A stretch of 61,267 bases of DNA, counting the filler, from Globobulimina sp. (taxonomy: Eukaryota): NCBI GenBank assembly GCA_003354225.1. It is 22 parts of 22 records of this genome, joined end to end, with 100 filler letters (N's around TTAATTAATTAA, not from the genome) between each part and the next. Parts side by side here need not be neighbours in the genome. Positions count along the whole stretch, not along the records: positions 53,004 to 55,691 come from PIVH01005344.1; positions 55,792 to 58,479 come from PIVH01005345.1; positions 58,580 to 61,267 come from PIVH01005346.1; 19 more parts are not named here. One strand, 5' to 3'. Position numbers and translations under genes: made by a program. Below, piece by piece: positions 53,004-61,267 of the stretch. Under the pieces are notes generated by a model that was given only the letters and a program-made list of their open reading frames with translations, had not been told where the DNA came from and did no database searches. Numbering within the stretch: position 1 is the first letter of the stretch; the number at the start of each line of letters is the position of its first letter.

Positions 53004-54751
53004 CCTTCTCCTCCGCACACTTATTCTGCTGCGTCTTCATCGCATCGATATATCTCACGATCTCCAATTTCAATTGATACCTGGTCTCCGCATCCATGCT
53101 GGTCTGGCCATTCACCGCCGACTCATTCCTGAACTTATAATAGCTGCTCCCAGCTATCTTCCGCAGCAATTTATCAATTTTATCCTGTTCCAACTCACTC
53201 ACATTCTTCGCCAGCACATATTCTGCGCGCGACTGCGAGGCCGGTTCCTCGTTGGCAAACACTGGCAACTTACTGCTGTGATTATGATTTGTATCCACAG
53301 ACATGACCGACTCATCAAACGTCAGCGTGGAAGAAGAGCTGTTCTTGGAATCGTCGTGAAATACAAACTTATCCTTGTCGTCATACTCGAACTCATTAAC
53401 CTGTGTGATGGGAGGCAGTGTTTTCGAATTAACTTTCACCGTAAATGGCAACTGCGGTTGTGGCAGTTTGTAGGAAGTATTCAGATCAATGAACTCGTCG
53501 CCTTCGTGGTCATCAATCTCGCAGTCCGTGGCATCGTTGGCATGCTCATTGGCAATCATATCGATCATATCGCTCATATTGGGCAGCTTTAGCGACTGTT
53601 CATAGCTTAAGATCTTTAATGTTTTGCGCTTCTCAAAGAGCGGTCGACCGTAACCAATCTCGATGCTGTTGCATTTGCTATGCGTTTTGTCGCCAGACTC
53701 AGCAGCGTTGCATGGCGGAGCTCTTGGCGAGGACTGGAAATTTTGAATTTCCTCCAACTGATCGGACAAACCATTGGCAAAATGAGTAGCGACTTGTAAC
53801 TGTTGTCGGGTTTCTACAGTCTCTCGTTTCAATTTGTCATAAATTTCTTGATTTTTGCTCGTTAATTGCAAGATGTCGAATGCTTGATCGCTGACTTGAT
53901 TTTTTAGTCTGCTTTCTTGCTGTTTTAAGCTGTCTAATATCTGCAAATATTGTCCATTTTCGCGTTGCATGTCTTGGTTTTCTTTGCGTTGAGTTTTTAA
54001 TTCGAATCTGTTGTTTTCGGAGCTGATTTTTAATGATTCATACTCTATTTTGATAGTTGACAGTTCTTCGTCTTTGCTCTTCAATCTTTCATTGAGCATA
54101 TACTGTTCACTCAGCATTTGCTCACATTGTGCGATTTGAGACTGTAATTTCGGTTTTTCTGTTTCTAGCTTTTCAATCTATACAAATAATAAACAAAGTG
54201 ATATTTGCAAAGTATATACGCGAAATATACAAAACATTAAACAGTGAGACCTCATCTTGATAGGCTTGTATTTGCTGTGTAAATGCGTGATTTTGCGTTT
54301 GTAAGCCTTCAATTTCTAACTGATATTCTTGTGCCGTATTTTGGGCGATTTGCAGTTGAAACTCTAAATTTTGCACGTTCGCAATGGCGCTTTCACCAAT
54401 TTCGGTTTTCCATTCTTGTAATATCAACTTCTCATGTTTTAATAGCTCAATTTCATGCAACTGAGTGGAAATTGTCAATTCATTCTGATCGATGTGGTGT
54501 TGTAGTTCTATAGCTATATTATTGTCGTTGCCGTCCATCGTTTCTTCCGTATCATCGCTGGTCTCTTCTTCTTGCTGCTCTTGTTGTTGTGCGCGCGCTT
54601 GCTGATGCTTTGTAAGTAGGTGTTTTTTATGCGAGCGTTTGCGCCGTGCGCCTTTGCCTATGCTTGGCTTGTTAATGTTGATAGTGTTACTTATTTCTGC
54701 CTGGACCTCCACCTCTTCCAACGTTTTCGACTCTGTCAGTGATGGTGTCAT
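53004..54751 (-). CDS. Coiled-coil protein, spliced, 3' truncated
   Basis: Two collinear Q/E/K/L heptad-rich ORFs separated by an intron-like AT-rich segment at about 54180-54250. Confidence 0.7.
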
Positions 54752-54947
54752 AGGTTTCTTGCCTGGTTTGTACCATTTGGTTATACGATGTCAAGAGAAT
54801 ATATATATTTTTGGTTTAACTCAAGGATTTGTTACGGTTTATCCAGGCGTCTGGCTTCATTTTGGTTGGATCAATGAGCATTCCTAACTCTGCAAATGCA
54901 GCGGGCAGTTTGATTCTACCTATTTCTTTCTTTGACGTCGACATCTG

Positions 54948-55691
54948 TCACGCAAACAGAGGGGACTGTAGAAACTTAAGCGCATCAATGAAAGCTTCGG
55001 ACATAGTGCTACCGTCGTAATGTGAGTTTGTAAACATGTTTCTGGGGATTATTGGTTGTGACAGCTTATATCTGTACAGTGTATCATTTTGGTCCACTCG
55101 AATGACTTCGTCCACACACGATTGCAAATGTGGTCCATAATTCTCAATGGCCCACTCCAATACTAATTTGACTATAATGTCTGATGCAGTTTGGTTGGTC
55201 TCAACATCTCCGTATTTATCCTTTGTGTCTCTATAAAATGCCTCGAATTCCTTTCGTTTTTCAGACAAAATATGATTTTCCACATCACAAACTATAATCC
55301 GGTCCATATTTACGATCTGAGCAATATCTTTATTACCAAAGTATATTGGTATTGTGTTCGCAATCAATGCTGTATATATTTTCTCTGAGGTGTATCCAAA
55401 AGTGGCCGTGTTTTCCATAGTGATTGAAAATTTAAATTCTTTTTGGCATTCAACAAGTAAATGATGCAAAGTGTTGAGACTGCGGGGACCCATGCCCCAA
55501 TACTTTGGATTTTTAGTGTTGCATCGCAAATGCTTATTAGTTCTGTCATCATGGTATGTGCCCAGCATATGGCAGTACTTATACTGTCTGGAGATCATAG
55601 CATGAACGACATGTCGCACTAAAGCTTCACTCAAGTAATAACCCCACATAAACAAGGTTTTCACTGTAAAACTGCAAAATCTCTTTTTTTG
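54948..55691 (-). CDS. Alpha-1,3-fucosyltransferase (GT10), 5' truncated
   Basis: FKFSITMENT...GYTSEKIYTALIANTIPIYFG is the GT10 signature. Confidence 0.9.
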   Translation of the reverse strand, partial: QKKRFCSFTVKTLFMWGYYLSEALVRHVVHAMISRQYKYCHMLGTYHDDRTNKHLRCNTKNPKYWGMGPRSLNTLHHLLVECQKEFKFSITMENTATFGYTSEKIYTALIANTIPIYFGNKDIAQIVNMDRIIVCDVENHILSEKRKEFEAFYRDTKDKYGDVETNQTASDIIVKLVLEWAIENYGPHLQSCVDEVIRVDQNDTLYRYKLSQPIIPRNMFTNSHYDGSTMSEAFIDALKFLQSPLFA

Positions 55692-55836
55692 NNNNNNNNN
55701 NNNNNNNNNNNNNNNNNNNNNNNNNNNNNNNNNNNTTAATTAATTAANNNNNNNNNNNNNNNNNNNNNNNNNNNNNNNNNNNNNNNNNNNNTTCTTTAAG
55801 TTTATTTCATCATTGACGCAGCCACCATCAGTAACA

Positions 55837-56655
55837 ATGGATCCAAGGGTTAAAAATTTGAATTTTGTAGCAGAGGAATATGACCGTGGACGCCCAGAGT
55901 ATTCACCAAAAATATTTGATTTTATGCAACAATCATTTAAGGATAATTGCAAAACCATTACAAATGTGTGTGCAGAGACAGGAAAGCTCACATCATTATT
56001 GACACAGTATTCACATCCAACAGCTCGAGTATATGCCATTGAACCATTGGAAGGCTTAAGAGCGAAATTAACAGAAAATGTATCAAATTGTAAGAATGTG
56101 GAAATACACGACACCCAAATTGATAATCTATCCTTTCTTGAGGATAATAGCATTGATGCAATATTTTGTGGTTCATCATTCCATTGGTATGCTAATATAA
56201 GTACAATGAAAGAATTTGAGCGTGTTTTATGTGGAGATAACTCATATTTGGTGCTTGTATGGAATAAGTTGATATGGGATGATTCGCGATTTTTTGAGGA
56301 AGTCAGGCGGAATATCGGCATAGCTGAAGATTATGATGATGTGATTAGGAGAAAAATCCAACGATTATTAACACCACAAAATTTACTTAATAATAATATA
56401 AAATCATTTGAAAGATTCACTTATAAAGAAATAAAAAGAACGCATCAACAGAAAATAAGTGGGAGATTATTAATTGATTTCATTGTATCAACAATACATT
56501 TACAATCGCTACCTTTTGGAGAGCAGTTGCAAGTTATTGATCAAGTAAAGCAATGTATACGCCGATATTATGGATCTCTTGATGCTGAAATTATTGTTCC
56601 ATACTCAACTGTTGTCACGTTTGCCAAATGTAAAAAAAATGACTCTGTAAACTAA
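55837..56655 (+). CDS. Class I SAM-dependent methyltransferase-like protein
   Basis: YDRGRPEYS, AETGKLT, YAIEP, SIDAIFCGSSFHW and EFERVL..LVLVWN. Confidence 0.85.
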   Translation: MDPRVKNLNFVAEEYDRGRPEYSPKIFDFMQQSFKDNCKTITNVCAETGKLTSLLTQYSHPTARVYAIEPLEGLRAKLTENVSNCKNVEIHDTQIDNLSFLEDNSIDAIFCGSSFHWYANISTMKEFERVLCGDNSYLVLVWNKLIWDDSRFFEEVRRNIGIAEDYDDVIRRKIQRLLTPQNLLNNNIKSFERFTYKEIKRTHQQKISGRLLIDFIVSTIHLQSLPFGEQLQVIDQVKQCIRRYYGSLDAEIIVPYSTVVTFAKCKKNDSVN

Positions 56656-56715
56656 GTACACTCTCAATTATTATTTTAGAATAGTACTACATTTCACTGT
56701 TCACACCTCTTTATC

Positions 56716-58278
56716 ATGGCTAGCAATCACTTTAAGGCATTCATTGCTGATTATTCTTTGGAGCAAATCGAATCTAAGCTGACCAAAGAAGGAATTACCA
56801 TGAAATTCTTATTAAATCTATCAACAACACAGCTTGATCTGATCACTGCGACATTGGAAATAAATGCAATCCAACAAATAAAATTCAAAAAAGCCGTTCT
56901 AGAAATACAGCAAACTAAAATTACTAAATACAAACCCAAACCCACAAATTTAGTATCAAATGATGCAAATATTAATATCGATGAAAACACTAACAATAAA
57001 CGAAAGAATCCATTTGCAAACACAGATACATCCAATCAAAAAAAACAAAAAACAGATATTACCGAAACTACCAATCCACCAAATAATGCACCAACATTAA
57101 ACCAAGAAACATGTTCAATTTGTGGTTCAACAATGTCATTATTTTTAATTGATAATCACAAAAGACACTGTTTGAATAATTTCCATAAAAATCAAGATGA
57201 AAACGATGAAGATCCGCCGCAAGATCCTGTACAAAAACATGAAGACAAACACGAAGAAGACAAACATGAAGAATTAATTGAATGTAAATATTGTGAGTAT
57301 GGATGTGATTTGCAATCAATATCTGAACATGAATTACATTGTGGGTCGCGAACTGAGCAATGTTCAAAATGTCAACGAAGAGATACTTTGAGAAATATAA
57401 TGCTTTGCAAACATCAATGTTATGATACAAATAAAAACGTTTCTAAACTCACTCAAAACCCAGAAACGTTTACAAATACAAATATTAATAATAATAATAA
57501 TACATTGCAAAATGAATATATTCCAAAATTTGAAAGGCAAATATATGATTTACAACGATTTTTGCATGATCGATGGGTAAAAAATCCTAAAGATATTTCA
57601 TCTCATTTTGAGGAGTATGATGCTTTTGGATTTAAACAGAAATATAACGTAAATAATAAATCAAAGGATGAATTAATGAATGATGATGGCGATAAATATA
57701 AGCAAACATTGAATTTATTGGTCAAGATATTAAAAAATATAATGAACCATCCATATACTGCGAAATATAGGACATTGAAATGCAATAAAGAGAAATTAAA
57801 AAAGTTTATATTTACTTGTAGTCCATGTTGTGAGTTTTTGAATTTATGTAATTTTGAATTTGTTAAAATTGAGGATGAGGATTGCTATGAAATGAGAGAT
57901 GTTGATTTAGAGAAATTAAAAATTGCTTTGCGTGTTTTGGAGAAAGTTAAAAATGGATTTGCTGGCATTTTGGAAATGGAGGACGAGAAAGAAAAGCAAT
58001 GGATTGCAAATCAAGCAGTTGAAAAGAATGCAAACTCTGTGTTTGTTGGAAGTTGGAGTTGTAAGAAATGTAATAAATTGAATGGGAAAACAAAATTAAA
58101 ATGCAGTGGATGTAAGACAAAGAGAATTGTGGCTAAAAAGAAAAAAAAAGAGAAAATAATGATTGATTTATCAACAAGAATATGGATTTGTATTTGTAAG
58201 AATAGAAATGCGATGGAATTTGCGTTTTGTGAAAATTGTCAAAGATGTAGATTTAGACGACCAGTGACTTATAATTGA
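56716..58278 (+). CDS. PUB-domain protein with SAM-like N-terminus and several zinc fingers (UBZ-, TRAF- and RanBP2-like)
   Basis: CSIC..H..HC, CKYC..HELHCGSRTEQCSKC, LLVKILKNIMNHPYTAKYRTLK.N (PUB), WSCKKC..N....CSGC and WICIC..N....CENC. Confidence 0.82.
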   Translation: MASNHFKAFIADYSLEQIESKLTKEGITMKFLLNLSTTQLDLITATLEINAIQQIKFKKAVLEIQQTKITKYKPKPTNLVSNDANINIDENTNNKRKNPFANTDTSNQKKQKTDITETTNPPNNAPTLNQETCSICGSTMSLFLIDNHKRHCLNNFHKNQDENDEDPPQDPVQKHEDKHEEDKHEELIECKYCEYGCDLQSISEHELHCGSRTEQCSKCQRRDTLRNIMLCKHQCYDTNKNVSKLTQNPETFTNTNINNNNNTLQNEYIPKFERQIYDLQRFLHDRWVKNPKDISSHFEEYDAFGFKQKYNVNNKSKDELMNDDGDKYKQTLNLLVKILKNIMNHPYTAKYRTLKCNKEKLKKFIFTCSPCCEFLNLCNFEFVKIEDEDCYEMRDVDLEKLKIALRVLEKVKNGFAGILEMEDEKEKQWIANQAVEKNANSVFVGSWSCKKCNKLNGKTKLKCSGCKTKRIVAKKKKKEKIMIDLSTRIWICICKNRNAMEFAFCENCQRCRFRRPVTYN

Positions 58279-58749
58279 TACTTATATGCTACGATGTTTA
58301 ATATTATGTCAATATTACTAAATTGCTCGTTTCTTTAAATTAACAGCAATAATCACTATACAGACACAGAATATATTTAATTATTGCATTTCTGTGCTGT
58401 TTTCCCGATAGCTTTTAAGGAGTGATCATTTGCTCCAATTCCATTATAAATTTCACCCAGTCATTGATTAAGCCATAACNNNNNNNNNNNNNNNNNNNNN
58501 NNNNNNNNNNNNNNNNNNNNNNNTTAATTAATTAANNNNNNNNNNNNNNNNNNNNNNNNNNNNNNNNNNNNNNNNNNNNTTTTCATACGCTTTACAGTTA
58601 ACGATAACGATATATTCCAAAAGATAACCTATAGCAAACCGTTTCTGGATTTGCCAAGCGTTTCTCAGATACTAGTAGTATGTTATTATTACAGGATTTT
58701 AGCAAAAAGAGTTAAAGTACAATACACTCAGTTTTTACGCAAATCCAAC

Positions 58750-58893
58750 TACTTTCCCCGTTGTTTAATTTAGAGGGATTATTTTTTAGATTTATCCTCG
58801 CACAGTTACGCACAGGGAGATGGTGATAATACATAGGAACTACTAGTACAATGTGAAAAAAAGTATCCCTCTAAATTAAACCACGGGAAAGTA
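58750..58893. mobile_element. MITE-like element with about 28-bp terminal inverted repeats flanked by TA
   Basis: TA-CTTTCCCCGTTGTTTAATTTAGAGGGAT ... ATCCCTCTAAATTAAACCACGGGAAAG-TA, with 1 indel and 1 mismatch. Confidence 0.72.
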
Positions 58894-59140
58894 TTCCAAC
58901 AGAATCACAAACAATGGTTGATGGTTCTACTGTATTATATTATATATATCCTTGCACAGCGCAGAAAGTCCATAAATCAGAAACGATGGCAAATCGATTT
59001 TAATATCACAAAGTAAACTATTAATAAATTAATAATCAGAAATAAAACAAGTACGAAGAAAAAAAATACAGAAAAAAAATAATAAAATTATAAATTATAA
59101 AGTGCTTATAAATAAATCAGAGAAGAGAAAAAACAAAGAA

Positions 59141-59737
59141 TTAATATCCAAAACAAGGTTTAGGAACATCACACACTAAACCTCCTGCAATATCCCATAC
59201 ACATTCTTTAATGAAACAATTTGCACAAAAAACGGACTCCGGACACTCAACATCATTGATCTCTGCTCCACCAATTAATACAACAGTGGTCTCGAGGCAG
59301 GCAGAGAATGCTTTACATTCGAACTTATCGATATATTGTTTGACTGCGGATTGTGTGGAATCAATAGTGACAGTGGCTCGATAACCAGCATAGTCCTCAC
59401 TAAATGACACTTGTTCCACGCGCTCAGCCGCTGAACCTACAAAATTAAATGTAATTTGAGCTTGTGCACAAGCACCGCGAGCACTACATTCCATTACAAA
59501 GTTGTTAGGAGGGTTTAACATTTTTGTCGCTCTTCCTGCACAGCCAGCGGGGTCCGTATTGGGTAACGTACATTCTAAAACAGAGGGATGAGCAGCTGGG
59601 GTAACTGGGAGTGTTGGTGGTACCCATGGAGGTACATATGTTCCTGGTACCGGTGGCGATGCTTGAAGTAATAACCGATTTCCAACGCTTAATTCCAACG
59701 CATAAAGTGCAAATAATGAGACTATTATTTTTATCAT
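59141..59737 (-). CDS. Small secreted Cys-rich protein with Pro-rich linker
   Basis: Signal peptide, NRLLL, PPVPGTYVPPWVPP and repeated C-x4/5-C motifs. Confidence 0.8.
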   Translation of the reverse strand: MIKIIVSLFALYALELSVGNRLLLQASPPVPGTYVPPWVPPTLPVTPAAHPSVLECTLPNTDPAGCAGRATKMLNPPNNFVMECSARGACAQAQITFNFVGSAAERVEQVSFSEDYAGYRATVTIDSTQSAVKQYIDKFECKAFSACLETTVVLIGGAEINDVECPESVFCANCFIKECVWDIAGGLVCDVPKPCFGY

Positions 59738-59918
59738 TTTTAGACTTGTGTTTGTCGTTTCGGTTTAGTTTAATTTGCTTATTTGGTGCGCGTTTGTATG
59801 GGAATGGGAATGGGAATGGAGATGGGTTAGTTGGAAGAGTGAGAGTAAGTTTTTGAATAACAGTAAGTTTATTTATATATCTCCGAATGAGGTTTATGGA
59901 AGTTGCCACATGACATTT

Positions 59919-60713
59919 TTAATTTTTAATAACTGATACAAAGATATTTGTTACATGTGGATATATTTTGGGGGTTATACTTGGACAATTTGGCTTTGCA
60001 CACACTTTTATAAATTGATGACGACCAAATTTCAATTGTTCATCACCAACTGCCAAAATTTTTTTAGGGAGACATATATTATCAAATGAACCCCAAATTA
60101 ATCCATGTGCACATTGATTCGGTGCAAACCAATACAGAGAAACATTGTATTCTGTGGAATGCACTCTTATCGAAGTTTGTGTGGAATCTCTATTATCATC
60201 TTTTGCTCCTTTTTGCAGCACGAAATTAAATCTTGCACCATTGCTGTGTAACAAATCACTATGTTTGCATGCTCCTATCATTAATTCATCCGATGTTTGT
60301 TCCAAAGTCCATTGATAATGAACAAACGCATTTTGAGGAGGTGCAGATATCGATGTATTTATTGCATGAATAAATTGAATATATCTGGAATAAGTCGAGC
60401 TAAAATCAGCATCAACTATACGTATATTTGTGTTGATACTATTACAATATATTGCAATGCATAACACAATGCATAACAATATACATATTGCTACGATAGA
60501 ACCATTTATAATAAAATTATCATTGCCATCATCATTGTAAAATAAATAAACATTATGAATATATGTATTATTAATATAATTTCCTATATTTACAGTATGT
60601 GCTGATATTGCTGCAGTCATATTTACAATCACATCGTTGCTGTTATTGAATTGTATAATAATGGCTAGCAGACACGCTGAACCCACTACCAATAATACAA
60701 GTTTACTGAACAT
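59919..60713 (-). CDS. Two-TM protein with C-terminal beta-rich (MATH-like?) domain
   Basis: Two hydrophobic segments and PPQNAFVHYQW. Confidence 0.7.
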   Translation of the reverse strand: MFSKLVLLVVGSACLLAIIIQFNNSNDVIVNMTAAISAHTVNIGNYINNTYIHNVYLFYNDDGNDNFIINGSIVAICILLCIVLCIAIYCNSINTNIRIVDADFSSTYSRYIQFIHAINTSISAPPQNAFVHYQWTLEQTSDELMIGACKHSDLLHSNGARFNFVLQKGAKDDNRDSTQTSIRVHSTEYNVSLYWFAPNQCAHGLIWGSFDNICLPKKILAVGDEQLKFGRHQFIKVCAKPNCPSITPKIYPHVTNIFVSVIKN

Positions 60714-60771
60714 TTAAATCACATGACTCAAAAGTAAGTAGCTTTAACAAAACATTTTGTTCGCGCTCATC

Positions 60772-61267
60772 ATGCAGTCCTCAAAGTATCGAGTATTTGT
60801 TGTCGTGCCTACTATATTGGTGTTCGCTGTCCTGGCTGCCGTGTATATTTCTCCCCAATTGATTAGCAACACAGATGTCACTGACACTACAAATCTCGAC
60901 CAAGCGATTGCAACAGAAGATGCTGTAAGTATTGGACATTATATTGGTGCAACAATTATTAATAATTATTATTTTAGTAATGTTATTATAATATTGTTGA
61001 TATTGTTCTTTATTGGTTGCATCGTGACATATTTTAATATGAATGGTAATAATCGCAGCGCAGCTGCACCCAACGCCGATGGCCTTTTATGGAATTTAGC
61101 TTATTCCAAATTTCAATTTAATATCAGACAAAATATGAATTTAGTAGTTCCACCTCAAGATAGGTTTGTTCATTATCAATGGCGCTTTGGACACGATGAA
61201 ATTGCAGATTTGAAAAAATTACAACCGGGATCTATTATTCTTAGTGAGTTATATCATCAAAATGGTG
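60772..61267 (+). CDS. Paralog of 59919-60713, 3' truncated (missed by the ORF track)
   Basis: Open frame MQSSKYRVFVVVPTILVFAVLAAVY..VSIGHYI..IIILLILFFIGCIV..PPQDRFVHYQW..SELYHQNG runs to the window end. Confidence 0.8.
   Translation, partial: MQSSKYRVFVVVPTILVFAVLAAVYISPQLISNTDVTDTTNLDQAIATEDAVSIGHYIGATIINNYYFSNVIIILLILFFIGCIVTYFNMNGNNRSAAAPNADGLLWNLAYSKFQFNIRQNMNLVVPPQDRFVHYQWRFGHDEIADLKKLQPGSIILSELYHQNG

Noticed and set aside
53074-53592. 172-aa plus-strand ORF
   Set aside because: Antisense to the coiled-coil gene in a locally GC-richer segment; no domain features.

Overview
This is not a contiguous locus. It is 22 unrelated contigs of about 2.69 kb, ordered by decreasing length (2692 to 2688 bp) and joined by artificial 100-nt linkers (N44-TTAATTAATTAA-N44), so no synteny can be read across linkers. 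Twenty-one contigs come from an AT-rich, gene-dense eukaryote using the standard code with short (about 53-75 nt) GT-AG introns. The gene families (PLS-like PPR, Kelch, ART-like, HFDISLEN kinases, 7TM, PTxx-repeat surface proteins) suggest a foraminiferan or other rhizarian; this is an inference. One contig (47428-50115) is bacterial: an AlpA plus P2-type Rep phage-satellite or integrative element. The most striking unexplained structure is on contig 2. Downstream of a DIRS-type RNase H lies about 2 kb of highly structured non-coding DNA: an array of GTGGC-AATCMAYA-GCCAC hairpins enclosed by a long-range stem, an aberrant tRNA-like cloverleaf directly after it, a second opposite-strand tRNA-like element, and a 70-nt hairpin. 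Other highlights are a secreted polycationic/polyanionic protein, two PLS-class PPR proteins, a Zn-less carbonic anhydrase, an ART-like protein, a signal-peptide kinase, and three triplets of palindromes in the bacterial element. All domain calls are motif recognition by eye; no searches were run.
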